Origin: Amoebophrya sp. A120
Taxonomy: Eukaryota > Protista > Dinoflagellata
NCBI GenBank assembly: GCA_905178155.1
Contig: CAJINV010000001.1
Coordinates: forward strand, 10,197,432 to 10,261,431
Length of the DNA: 64,000 nucleotides
Reading direction: 5' to 3'
In this document: piece by piece, positions 24,301 through 36,371 of the stretch
How the letters are laid out: each line of letters starts with the position of its first letter
How positions within the stretch are numbered: the first letter of the stretch is position 1
Position numbers and translations under genes: made by a program
The notes under the pieces: model-generated
The model's database searches: none
What the model saw: only the letters and a program-made list of their open reading frames with translations
What the model was told of the DNA's origin: nothing

Positions 24301-25882
24301 CGCGGGGACGCTGAAACAAGCGGGACACAAGGACGGTTTTTTCGGCGGTCTGGCCACGGGTCAATTCAACTTGTCTTTGGTTCCTGTTGCGGACTACAAC
24401 TCATCGATGACCAGCCAGAACCATCACGGGAACAAACACAGTGACCAGAAGGTCGTGTGCGAGACGATTCTCCGCGAAGTGAAAATTCTGCAGCGGTGCG
24501 AGCACCCCAACATTATCCGCTTTTTCGATTCCTTTGTCGAAGACAGTACGTTGGTGATCGTGATGGAGTACCACCCAGGCATGACACTGCAGCAGTACCT
24601 CATCTCTTACCGGAACAAAAGCTACGCACTGCAATCCTGCGCGTTGATGAACAACTTCTACACGACGACTTCCAAGGGTAGTTATAGCACAGAGGACACG
24701 TCGGCGGTAGTAGAGCAGCGAGCCGATAATTCGAATCTCGCAACCTTCACATCGTCTAAAAGTGCAGAAGAGCAGATGAACACCACCGCCAGCAGCAGTA
24801 GCCAGATTGCAACCGGGACCGGCGACGTTGCTCAGTTGGATCGCACCACCACTTCGGATAACGACCAGAGCAGCACGGCCAGCAGCACGAAGATCATCAG
24901 CATGCTTCCGGGCTGCCAGCGGTGGAAGATCTTTTCCCAAGTGTGTCTGGCTTTGCGCTACTTGCACAACAAGGTGCGCATCACGCACCGCGACCTGTCG
25001 CCCAACAATTGCCTCATAACTCCGCACACACTGGACTGTAAGCTGATCGACTTCGGGTTAGCCAAGATCATGTCTACTTCAACATCTACTTCCTCTGCAA
25101 CCAGCAAAACTCCTGCTGCTGCGGCAGCGGGCCTCCCGCCACCTTTCGGGGCCGCAAGTGCTTTCGAGGACAACTACAACATCATGAGCCACAGCGTGGC
25201 CAGCTCCTGTGACAGTGATAATTCTTGGTTGCAGAGCCAGTCCATGTGCGTGGGTTCTGTGCTGTACAATGCTCCTGAAATGGTGCGCGGGGAGAAGTAC
25301 ACGGAGAAGGTTGACATCTGGGCCGCGGGATGTCTGTTGTACAAGATGGCCACGTTCGAAGACCCGTTTCAGGGCACGAACCCGCTCTCAGTCGCCCGGA
25401 AAATCGTTGAGTTAGATTACGTGCCTCTTCGCACTAGATTCAGTTCTTCTCGTGGAAGTGAAGTTGTACTAACTGGAGCAAATACATCATCAACTACAGA
25501 TGATAATAAAGGTCGTGCAGTTGGTACGGCAAGCTCAAGGACGTCGTCCACGTCAGCAGCAGCAGCAGCTTCCTCTCCGAGTAAAATAAGAGCGATAAAT
25601 AAAGCGGGCACCATCGGGCTGCAAACAGAAGTAATAGATACGGAGCGACCTTCTCGTGGACCAGCACACCAACAGCTGCAACAGAAAAAACATCACCCCG
25701 CGATGAATCGCTTATACTCCACGATGACAAGTGACGAAGACCGGGAGCTCCTGGTCGAGGTGACAGAAGCCTGCTTTGAGCGCGACGCGGAGATGCGGCC
25801 TGATATCAACGGGCTCTGCCGGACCCTGAGCCCAGTTTTTTGTGCGCAGTTGGAAGAGTTGCACAACGCGTCCTGCACCTGA
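21350..25882 (+). CDS. NEK10: NIMA-related kinase, NEK10-like (ARM-type N-terminus plus kinase domain), 1510 aa, intronless
   Basis: LGHGAFGAV, ALK, HPNIIRF, HRDLSPNN, DFGLAK, YNAPE, DIWAAGCLLYKMAT; pre-kinase LRFLYCSERNRPL resembles NEK10 LRFLFSMERNRPL; HRDL[S/T]PNN is NEK10-type. Confidence 0.8.
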   Translation: MVENWSVLQRSCAALHEALASQTDSEQQALASWIAQNHDRYVFSVGDGESAKNPPAQKEEGQNVALLLMHTLVSRIWSLYFPLTDVMRCLQCLRILTRDTRLATSLLKRFLASTSSFPQRPSTNYGLTRAGVPADNAQLQDGPGGGRNRHINAADNDHQLPQTRTACWWDHDTEGSWISEPLHMSAPEIFARIVSDYGRASDQLQIHECATCEFLGVFLHLVPVVSACSDTERSVYFPVFQEDLLPALARLLKIPHTTWTVSQCTFELLSQILTGATPHTRNNLRQEPAQQQLESSAHRPRRACDEEDLSTAESTIISSVGPQGGTGSAFSPGSSTSSSSSSSNFLQRNQLRFFEKFHSERPYRSLVEYMCCPSASHSQFSADLLFRLVQVLQIVPNPLLDPGLRVRTAVSVNDRFLGATATTMLSTAQTPAAYRMAATGRSSRFSVNGIMDHPLSPAKTPAATAQFTAVPALSAILLLLEKPQTERQVRGRALELLEVLARDWHRDPRCTLQFLNADAGYVLWSVLACRKPQKCGSAEIVCTLRALTQLSVDDTFADRLLRRCIFPEFTSSDQDMRSSTAGGFFQMEPTATSSTTPLAAYTNTVLAEASEISSSCFLNNNTKDNYGAASSGGKNFEQDDASDLPGDDMVDLRPILNLLLSYHKNRRASAAQRQGLEQGIRSAGSGSSSSSALQQVVEPLAALRLLRFLYCSERNRPLINMMLGLDVTLAPTDSFRSIRDYEWQLGKYEKAAAEFLTDSFHARWDAPRAVTRLQTHLEDADDILGESRTTARQAVSGGNEEYDANPAAQPPPTLGSMIRLPDPEQVGTEVPAYHGTNVPKVFDRSKLLEITTTLNTSEDGTPAPDRRPSLQTNIRKMRVGGFQILETLGHGAFGAVHWAQDDLGDYFALKTLEIDRNENNNETGGGSHQFLDSSLLENRYQSSRNSAEQGKEPGEHFQDNSTAFDEEKGEQEPLFPSVSPRTPAAGTLKQAGHKDGFFGGLATGQFNLSLVPVADYNSSMTSQNHHGNKHSDQKVVCETILREVKILQRCEHPNIIRFFDSFVEDSTLVIVMEYHPGMTLQQYLISYRNKSYALQSCALMNNFYTTTSKGSYSTEDTSAVVEQRADNSNLATFTSSKSAEEQMNTTASSSSQIATGTGDVAQLDRTTTSDNDQSSTASSTKIISMLPGCQRWKIFSQVCLALRYLHNKVRITHRDLSPNNCLITPHTLDCKLIDFGLAKIMSTSTSTSSATSKTPAAAAAGLPPPFGAASAFEDNYNIMSHSVASSCDSDNSWLQSQSMCVGSVLYNAPEMVRGEKYTEKVDIWAAGCLLYKMATFEDPFQGTNPLSVARKIVELDYVPLRTRFSSSRGSEVVLTGANTSSTTDDNKGRAVGTASSRTSSTSAAAAASSPSKIRAINKAGTIGLQTEVIDTERPSRGPAHQQLQQKKHHPAMNRLYSTMTSDEDRELLVEVTEACFERDAEMRPDINGLCRTLSPVFCAQLEELHNASCT

Positions 25883-27937
25883 CAGAGTAACTACATCTGC
25901 TCCACGGGGACACTCGGAACAGCTTGTTCTGCAGCGACAATTGATGCACCTTCACGCTGAACAAGTCACCTGGTCCACACGAAGTTGTCACCGAGCACGA
26001 CGAATCAGTTGCAGCAAGAAAACGAAAACGAAATCACAAGTCACGCAGGCGTATGATCTGCGCCATCACAAAAATGACAACAGGGAACTTCTCGTACGCT
26101 CATTACTTTTTCAATAACTTAATCCTCCTTGAACACTAGGATCTGCACTACTTCTCTTTGCTTATGGTTCATAGCGGATCTCATACAAAAAAAAAACTTA
26201 TTTCACTTTGACATAATCGTATACGTCTTCTTGTATTGCTGGTTTCGGTTTCGTTTCTAACAACGTCAGTTTCTTGTCAAGATAGGCTGCCAGGTCGTCA
26301 AGGAAGTGCTGTCGTCGTTCTCAGATTGAGTTACGAGAAAATGCAATATGTTGTATGATTTAAGAAGCTCAAGAAACGCAGCTGCATGCTGTTACGAAAA
26401 AAATATAACACGCGCCTACGGATTAACACGAAAGGCAATAAAAGTATATAGTGTGAGCCAAGACTTGCACTTGATCTGGTTCTGGTAGTGGCAGCCCGTA
26501 TTTGCAAGACACAACGCGGGTCACTATTCCGGTCCATTAAGGTCTGCAGTTCTTATTTCGATCATGGTTCGCCGGCGTCGCCGTCACCTCATGCTGTTGC
26601 GGAAACTGGAAGATCCTTGAAATCGCTCCTCTATTGAAGTGCCGCTTTGGAGGTAGGAGCGCTTTTAGTTCAAAGCAGAATGCGAAGTCCTGCGCAAGTT
26701 GTTGCTCCTCTCGGCATTGTACTTCTACTTCTTTTGATCCGTTAACTTGTCGCCGATGTTGATGAGGAGCAATAATCGACAGCTTCTCAAACGATCTCAT
26801 CAAAAGCCGTTCAAGGAAATGCGCATGATCTCTCATTCAAAATAGGTGTGAAAAATGTGATCACATTTGTAGCTGCAGGGACGACGGAAATGAAGAAGGA
26901 AATTATCTTTGGTTCGTCTAGTTGATCCGGCAGCTGAAAAAAAAATTGATCTCCATCTGCATTTCGCACCATTGCAGGACCGTTTTCTCCTCGTTTCAAA
27001 TCTAGACGTTTTCACCGCGGAAGGATCATCACCGACACACCAGCAGCATCAAATCTCCGAAAGTCTCAGTATTGCATTTTGGGAGGCCCACAGCGACACT
27101 CATGTCAATTCTTGAAGCATCACAAAAAAAAAAACAGCGACAGCGTCATCCACGGCGTAAGTTGTTGAAGTCAGACAAAGAATTTACGCTTTTCATCTTT
27201 CTTTAGTTTCTTTGCAGATGAGAGTATTTTCCAGTAAGTTGTATATATTTTTTTTTCGTATTCCGTCCTTACTCCGGTGTCATGTGGTGTGATTCTCACT
27301 TGAAAATCGTCTTGCACACAGAATAGTCGAGAAGCGAGGTTTACAGTTTGTTAAGTATGCAACCTGTGATTTTGAGTAACTAACAGTAAGTGGAGCAGTT
27401 AGCCGCGGGACTCCTTGTGACAAAAATCTTCTTCAGAAACTCGCTTTTTTTCTTTGCAAAATCCCTGGAGAAGAGCTGATACGGCTAAAAGTATAGAAGT
27501 GCCTTTGTTTCTTCAACAAGTATAAGTAAAAGCAACAGGAGCAACAACTTATTTTCCGTCCAACTCCGATCAGCACGGAGATGAGCACCGGATTGGACAA
27601 AAGTAATTGCTGACTTCCATTTTCAGAGGAAGAATCAAAGCAATAAAATAAAGAAAAGTGTCAACATTGGGAACCAACAAAAGGCTGAGCGCACCGTTTT
27701 TTCTATAATTTGTTTTTGTTTTTCATCACTTTTTCTTTTGCCTCTAGCTACCTACCACTGCCACCAGCTTCTTGGAAAAGTGAAAAAGAAAATGAAAGAA
27801 ATACAAATATACACGACAAAGGCGAATTGAACCTTCCTAGTCTTTTCGAGGAGAAAAGAAGAAAAACTCGGGAGGTCGCATTAGCGTCTTTGGCTTGACC
27901 AGCACCTCCGCACCGTCATCGCTTGCATAGCAATAAA

Positions 27938-30900
27938 ATGGACGCGCCAAGAACCAACTTTCGCTTGCCGGGCGTGAGTCGCGTTCCTGTGGACACCCGC
28001 AGGCTTTTGACCATCGTGTCCGATGAGACGGATAGGACCCAGAATTTTGCGCAGAAGTCGGGGGTGCTCTTCAAGCCAAGCACCAAATACAACTCCCGAG
28101 GAAGTTCCGGCACTCGCCTTCCTGTCAGCACCACCAGAGCGACTGCATGTCAGCAACTACCACCTTTGATCGAAGAAGTAAGCAGCCAGGAAGTTGATGT
28201 ATCCACTTCCACCCCAGTTTTGTCTGATCCCGTTTTATCGGCCGCATCAAGTAGCAGCAGCCACGGCTCGCCGCTGTTGTCTCAATTGCAAAAGGCACCC
28301 AAGTTTTACCGCGCAGTCGAGATTATTGATGATGACGAGTCTCCGGTCGTGACTCCAAGGGCAGATGAAAAGTTGGGTGGTCGTGACGAAGCCAAAAAGC
28401 CTTTCGGCAATACTGCTGCGGCTGCTGTGCCGCTATCGTCGAGCAGGGGATGTGATGAGGAAGACAAGAAGGACGTCCTAGCGGAGGCTCAATCCGCGCC
28501 TTTGGTGGCGATGTCGACCGACGAGGTGGAAACTACGCTTGAAGGAGATCAAATCAAGTCCAATTTTGATTTAGCCAAGCTGCCGCCTCGGAAGATCGTA
28601 CCAAAAAGTTGCAACGACGAACAACAAGAAGGGCACAAACGCAATAAGAAGTCTGCTAGTTCTTGTGCAGCAGGAATAAAGGTGATTGCTCGCATTTCTG
28701 CGCCCGTGTTGAGTACCGACGACGACGAGACACCCCGAAACGCGAAGCGCCCGAACCCCCGCACGATCGCTGCACACCAGGAAGCGAAGAAGAAGCCGAG
28801 CATCTGTAAAAATGCTGCAGAGGACGGAGCTGCACCATCGTCCACTGCTGGTGTAGTTTGTTCAGAAGAAGATGTGGGAACAAATAAACGGGAGGTCGTG
28901 TCGTGCGAGGACCAAAAAAACCGCGAAATATTAAACCCGGAAACGAAACTACAACCTGGAAAGAACTCGTCCTCGGAGTTCTGTCAAGTGTGTAGCGAGG
29001 ACACGACCGTTCTTGCTCCGACCGAAGCTCATGCGACGGGGACCGTCCAAAAGCGTGCCTTGGGGGTCTACCGGTGCCCCAAGTGCCACATGCGGTATTG
29101 CAGCGTAGCCTGTTACGACCAGCACTCGACGAGCTGCACGGAGCAGTTTTTCCAGGCACAGGTGGAAGAGGAGCTCCGGGAGCGGCAGAAGCCGGATCCC
29201 GAGGAACGGCGGAAATTACAGAAGATGTTTCACGGACTGCAGACCCTGGACAAGAATTTCGACGAGCAAGAGTTTTCGTGTGGCGGGGAGCAGGGAAATT
29301 TTAGTTCCGGCTTCGGGTTCGGCACCCCGTCAGGCCGCAACACCACGGGCAGCGGCACGCCACACACGAACTCCGTCTCCCCCTCTTCCCGAAGCTGGTG
29401 GCCGCGAGGAACCACTTCTCCCTGCGACGATGATCAGACCTCCGACTGTAGCTCCGAGCGGTCGTGGGGCAAGAGCAGTGGTCATCCTGCTTCGGACGCT
29501 AGCATCACCCCACCCCCGCGGCGGCCCGCTCTGAGGACAGTAGAGGACCCGGTTTTATTTTATCATGACCGCGATAAACAACTTTGCTTGGAACCCGCCT
29601 CACCCAAAGTTGAAGATGACACCAGCCTTGTTCGGATGAAGAATGCAAAGGGCGACTTCGGCACCGGAAGCACGGAAGATGTCGAAGATTTTCCCAAGCA
29701 GGGGGATCAAGATGTGTGGAAAATTTCCACATCGTCTTCCTCGCACCAGATGAACATCGGAGACGAGGACTGGACGCACGAAAACTTTACGCCGCAGTGG
29801 GAAGAGATGCTCGGAGCTGTGGAGCAGGAAAGCGTCGAAATAAAGCCCTTTTTCGAGCACGAGCCCAGTGGCAGCTTTGCTGCTGACCGCGACTTTCACT
29901 ATCGCAACCAGATCATCGAAGATCTCGACTACCAGCATCTGCAGCACCGGAGCGGGGAATTTGGCGAGAATTTCCGCCCACTGGTGCCTGTCGCGCGTTG
30001 TCGGCGAATGCACGGCGGTACTTCGTCGACCGAGCTGAGTGAGAAGATCCCCCGACCGAACATGTTGGCCGCGATGGCCACACAGCCATCGAAAGGCATT
30101 CTCCGTAACAGAACGAGCACTGTGTCTACTACGGCTTCTTCGTCTTCCACCAGCTGCGGGGCTAGAAATATTAACGGTCCATCTTCTACTGCCAGCTCGT
30201 CTTGCGAAGTCGATATTTTGGGTGCGCCGGCCGTAGTTGCGGACGTCGAGTGCGCCAGCAACCAGGAGCAGCAAAACGAGCTGCACTATTCGACAGTAGA
30301 AAAGGCGCATGGGTATCCGCGGCGCGACTCGGCCACCTACGTTGAGCAGCTGACCAAGTTGGTCATTAAAAACACCGTGACTAACAGCTTGCTGGCGAAC
30401 AAGTCCTCGTGGGCGGACGATAGTGACAGCGACGTCGCCACGCCGGAGGCCCTGGTGAAGCGTGCAAAAATGCCGTCGAAGAAAGCTCGGGTGCGCTTCA
30501 ATTCCATCCCCGTGGAGGAACTTGTTGAATTTTTTCCGGACGCGCTGCCCGGCTTCGGGGAGGTGCGACCGCTGCGGGACGCCAACGTGTTAACGCAGTT
30601 CGAAGACGTAGCGGTAAAACTGAAAAGCCCGACCGAGCACTTTTCCGACTTCTTCAGTGAAACCGCAAAAATTGCGGTCAACGCGTGCTTTTCCGGTACC
30701 CGGGGGACAATCAAGCAGGGACCTCACCATGATCAGACGAACTCGAGCGGTACGTTAGTTTCACAACTGGCCTTGCTCGTATAAAGCGCAGTTTTATTCA
30801 TCGTTCTACTTTGATAATTGAAGTTGAACGCGAACGCTATAGAAGGCTGGGTAGCTAAGAGACGAATGCCTTGTGACCATGTTCATGGTGCTTGGATTGC

Positions 30901-32861
30901 TAGTAAGTATCTATCAGTTGTTGTACCGATCCACTTTCAACATCTTGTAGTTTTCTTCATCGGGGCGATGAAGCTGCGTCGAGTTCTTTCACGTTTTCAC
31001 ATGAAAAGCAAAACGATACACAGGTGGTGCTTTGATTGCCAACGCTACGGAAGCGGAAGCAAGCAGTCCCACCCAATCGGATGCGTGGAAGCAAAATCGG
31101 CGGGCGCACCTGCATGCTGCAGACCCAGCTTGTGCGGAAGAATTGGCGACCACTGCCGGTAGTGGTGGTCGTGGAAGGGCGATCCTAGACGCCGAGCCCC
31201 CCCGGTTTTTTTCGAAAGACGGGCGATCCTTGAGTGACGAGAACTTCTTCACGCACGGCGCCGCGTACCCTGCGCAGGGAAACTTTTATGGCAGGTTCTC
31301 CTCCCCCGACAGTACTTCTTCTTCTTCAAGTTCTTACCCCCACGACAGGGAGGACTCCAGTGTTAATCAGGTTGGCACGATTCGGAACGCTGACGCGGAC
31401 AAAGTGTTGTTGGACGCTTTCGACTACGAGGACCACGATTTCGCGATGCATGGCATCAGTGAAGAGCGGCTGCTCTATCTTTCCCAAAACGCTGACTATT
31501 TGGATGAGGACGACCTGACGGAGCAAGAACAAAAACACTTCTCGGGCTTTCTCTCCAGCGTGAAAGTGAAGGCCACATGGGAGCCCTGGTGGGGCACTTG
31601 TCTCGTCGAGGATGTTGCAGCCGAAGATGCGAATAAGACCGAGGGAGTTGTACAACCGAAGAACAATGCTCTCGGAGGACTTCTCGTCACGACCGACACG
31701 ACGAAGGCGCCGTCAGGTGGAACGGTACAGCACAACGAGGACAGTGTGAGCAGTACTTTTGCGGGCAAGGCCAAGGGAGAAGAACTAGAACAGACCATCC
31801 TTGTTGAAAACAACAACAATGGAAAAGGTACGAGTAGAAGATTTCTGTCCTTCCGGGAACTGGAGCGGCTGACCGGGACATCGATGAGTTCTTGCAATCA
31901 GGATGAGGATCATGATCCACTCGTGCAAGAGCTTGTGAGCCCAGCAAGTAGCAGCACTTGTTTTGCAGCATCAAGCAAGAAAGACGAAACGGGAGACGAA
32001 AAAGCGGCGACAGAGGACCAGAACAGTTCTACTTCACTTGCCGTCCCGCCACCGACGAAGAAGCAGCACACCGACGACACAGCTGTAGTACTGTGCTCGA
32101 AAAGTGTCGCCGACTACACGAAACTGACGCCAATCGTCCCGAGTGTCACGGGACGGGCCGACAGCCTCCGAATGGCGTACTTCGTCGGGCTGCTGCTGTG
32201 CAACTACACATGGCACATGCGCAATTGCAACGGTGACGAGCAGCTGGCGCTTCCCTCAGTCGTGCGGGCTTGGCAAATGTGGTTAGTGAACGTGCTCAAC
32301 CCTGAACCCACCGTCGACATGTGGCGAATCGGCGTGCCAGTGCTAGATGAGGATCAAATGTGGTCGCCGGATCACGAAAGCATGCGTTTCGAGGACGTCA
32401 CCAGTGTCGACCTTCGCGACGCCGCGCTGCTGTGCAAAGACGTGCGGGGCGTCAGCACGGTCTTCTTCCAGATTTTACAGTACCTGCGCAGTCAGGAGTT
32501 GTCGCACAAAATGGACGAGCAGAAGGAATACACGACCAGCTGCTTCAAAGAAAACAAGAAGGAGAACCGCAGTGAAGATGCGGCTAATCTTGTCCTGCAA
32601 GAAGAAACAGATGCAGAAGAAAAGTCCGGGTTTCTGAGGACTTGGTTCGCAAGCAGCAAGCCGAAGGCTCCTAAGGGCATCATGATGCTTCCGCGAGCAT
32701 TCACGCGCCTCAAGTTCATTTTCTCTTTTGTGTTGCACCGGCCAGAACATCTGCGCAATCTCTCCAGCAGCTTGATCGAACAGGCCATTCCGCGTATGGA
32801 AGATCAGGAGGAGGCCGTTGCGCGGCACAACAATCGCCCGCAACTTTTCTACGACGACTAA
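27938..32861 (+). CDS. ZNHIT2: HIT-type zinc finger protein, ZNHIT2-like, ~1549 aa; exons 27938-30749, 31024-32861
   Basis: zf-HIT CQVC...YRCPKCHMRYCSVACYDQH followed by CTEQFFQAQVEEEL; WEPWW motif in exon 2; GT-AG intron 30750-31023 keeps the frame. Confidence 0.7.
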
Positions 32862-35800
32862 ATTTCAGCTTTGATAATTTTAATCATTCAAACGAGGAAA
32901 GCACTTTTTTGCTTTTTTAGTGAGAAGGTCAAGGTTTTCGTTTTCCAGCGAACAAGTAGCGACAGCGACAACTTAGACAGACATGTGAAAGCCTGCGAGA
33001 AACAAGCCGCCGAGGCAGGATCACGATCAACAAAGTACAACAAAAAGCAGTACAAGTAGCGAGTATGAGACGAGCGGTACTCCACCGACGCGAAATCAGC
33101 GAAGCGTGACATTTGGGCCGACGACTTTCTTCACAAATGATCGAGTTCCTTTTCTTTTTGCAAAGGGTAGTACTGTTCTGCAAACTGAGTTCTTACTGTG
33201 AGTGGCGACTGGCACTGACTTCGGTTCCACGACTAGCGGCAGAAGCTGTCGCGCTAGTGTATCGAAGAAAGATTGTGTCTGTACTTTGGATTATCGTCTA
33301 GTATTTTGTGTATCTCTATCTGTTGAAATAGCGCTAACCACGTGAGACGAAAGAACGACTTTCAGAAGGTTCCACGACGTGACAGACCACTCTCAACAGA
33401 CAAAGAAATAGTATTGTATCTTTGTGGTTGTATCTATCTTGTCTCTTGTTGTACTACTATCTTGTATCGTGTATCTCTATCTGTATCTTCATCTTGTACA
33501 ACAAGTATTTTCCGCCCCCAATGTTGCATTGATTGTAGCACTTAGCCTGCCGTTAGTGCTACTGCAGCCCGACACAGACTGTGTCTGCACCAGAAGCATA
33601 TAAACGAGGGAAGCAGACTAGACGAGCCGCCCTTTTTTGTATTAGCGTATCTGAAAAGGAGATCGTCCTTTTTTATTTTTTCGTGCATTTGATTTTGTTA
33701 TTGTTTATAATCTTTGCAACCAGAACCACCGACGTGGCACAGACACCGAAGGGTAGTGTTTTGTTGAGATTCTTGTGCTTGGCGGTAGCAGTAGCACTAG
33801 CACTGTATTGAGTACTAGTGCGTCGACAGCATACGTGTAAAGGCCGGAATGTTGGACTCTGCGGCGTCGCACATTCTGCCTACAGCATTACACTGCCAGA
33901 TTGAATTGATAGACTTCGGTCTTGCTTATACAACCGGTAAACTATTGTCGATTGCAGCTGCTACGGGAACAAGGACAAGCCTCTACATTGCTATAGAATA
34001 AAAGCTTTTTCATACCACAGACGCAGTAACTTGCTGTCGTTGACAAATTGCCTTCGATGCAGCAAGACAAGGCTATCTTATTTTCCTCATCTTGACAAAA
34101 ATGGAAATGGCCCGTGAGGACGGGAAATATACATTGGACTGTTTTTGTAGCGTGAGGACGAAGTAAGAGGTATAATGCTTGCCGCCCCGGATTTTTCGGG
34201 AGACGATCATGATGATCGTCTCCCGAAAAATCCTTTTTTTTTGCATTACACCATCCGGTACCGGTAGTTTTTTCAATGACTTGTACGCGTGATCGACCTG
34301 ATATTGTCCGCACGACAGTATCTATTACTAGCGACAGCTTATCAAGAAAAAAGATAACTACAAATATAAATGTATAGAGAGTTGTGAACAAGTTTTCTGT
34401 TGGAAGTTTCACTCCCGACGCAGTAGTACCCAGATCAGCATCAGAAGATATTATGCAAAACCGTTTTGCATGCAGTTCCGTTTTAAACGGAAAGAAAACC
34501 GTTCTGCACGACACTTCTCGAAAGCTTTCTTTTTGCCCAAGCGACTATGCGAAAACTTTTGGATCTTTATCAATCTTTTTCTTCCGAAGAGTCCATCAAA
34601 AAGGAGCAACATAGAACTACCACTACGAACTTCAACAAGAAATTTTTACCGTCGACTCAGCTGCTCGCGTGGTTCTCTGCCTGCACGGGTTGCAAGATAT
34701 TCGTGGCTACAGTACGCACAACGAAAAATATCCGTAGTACGTAACTTCAACTTGGTCACTTTTATTTTATCTTTTGTAACATCAAGTTCAAGAGGCTGTA
34801 GAATATGTACGTAGAATCTATGCGGTTGCTGACTTGATGGGGCGGTGAACCTCCGGTCGACGACCAAAATCCTCGCCGAGATATATCCGTGACTTCTTGA
34901 GCAAATATGTAATTTCGCGGACAGTTTCTGGCGCTAGCTTTATAGCAGTCGAACATGTGGTAAAAAAGAGTCCTGACAGATTTTTTAGTTCCTGTAGCAG
35001 AAGATGTAGGATAGATTTCATCTACTTCACGACCTGAAGACGAGAAAATCATCGAGTATTTTCCGCTCCTGGACACTGGTAAATATGAACTCTGCTTACT
35101 CGACCAGTGAAGTAGATCAAGATACAGCAAGCATCCGTTTCAGCGAGCAGATAACTTTAGTAGTAGAAGGTGGACAGGCGAAGCTACAGGCTAGCTCGGC
35201 GCAGAATTGGCATCAAAGAGGATGCTGGCCTATTTGGAGAGGGGTGAGTGCGTGTTGCAAGGGGAATGCTTCGTGCTATCCTGTGGTCTTGTCGCTGTCT
35301 TGCTGTAAAAAAAGTAAAGTAATATTTATTTACTTTTGAATAATATATGAAAAATGCCAATAAGTGAAGAAGAAGTAGGGGGCGCAAAGCTACAAGGCTA
35401 AAAATACAGGACGTACGATGTAACATGCTCTACTGAACAAGGATTCTCCGAAAGTGAAAAGATAAAGTGGATTTACGAGGACGTTGTATACAGGTACGAC
35501 ATTGCATGTCGTGGGTCTTCATCTTTTGAAATTGAATTCTTATTCTTCGCTGAAGAAGAAACGATTCGCGCGGATCCTCTATGAGCAAGAAAGGGATCAA
35601 GAACACGACGAATCAGTCGTGACAGAGTCGTACGCACTGAATCCAGAAAATTATGTTCTCCTCAACAGCGGCGCGGTTTGCAGAATTGATCGCAGGTACT
35701 CGAGCAGGCGCGCACAAAGCGACAGTTCTCGCGTTCTCGTGCAGCCGTATCGACAATTTTTCTCATTGTGATGTGCTGACAGAATGAAAAGTGTGAAGTC

Positions 35801-36371
35801 GATCTTTATTTTCGTGCGGATTGTGGTGTGGTTGACGCTGATTTCCCTGGCCAAGGACAACAAGGACTTTCGCTTCTGATGAAGAAGTTGAAGATGGATG
35901 ACTTTTTTTATCGTGATAGCTTTCGTTTCGAAAACAGGTCAATGTGGTTATCATGTGTGAAGATGTTCTTGAAGAAGATCTAAAGAAGGCAAGCGAACGC
36001 GAAAGTACGTGGCGGTTTTGTTTGTAACTGGATCTTCTTCTTCTTGCTTTTGCTAGCAAGATTCTCTTTTCGATCTGAGGCTGATTGCTGTAGCGCGTGC
36101 TGAGATGTGAGGTGCCTAGCAGCATGCGGGCCGCATTTGTTGTAAGTGTACTTACTTACAACAACTATAGCGCTGCCCTTCCTTTAGCTCTCCTTAGCCC
36201 TTTTGTCACTTTATGTGAACCATCTCACAAAGATATCGCACCGTGAATTAGTTGTCCTAATTGAACCCACATTGTTTACCGACTCCGTTTCCAACCGGAG
36301 TAATAAGTACTCGCGGTGCAGCAGCCTAAGCAGAAATAGGAAGTCGAAGTCCATTTGCAGACGTGAAAAAG

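Noticed and set aside
32900-36300. Long gap with short ORFs and degenerate GTATCTCTATCTGT repeats (33310, 33471); searched for an autonomous transposase
   Set aside because: No DDE, RT or recombinase motif and no convincing gene model or TIR pair visible by eye; the same applies to 25900-27900 and 41200-42150.
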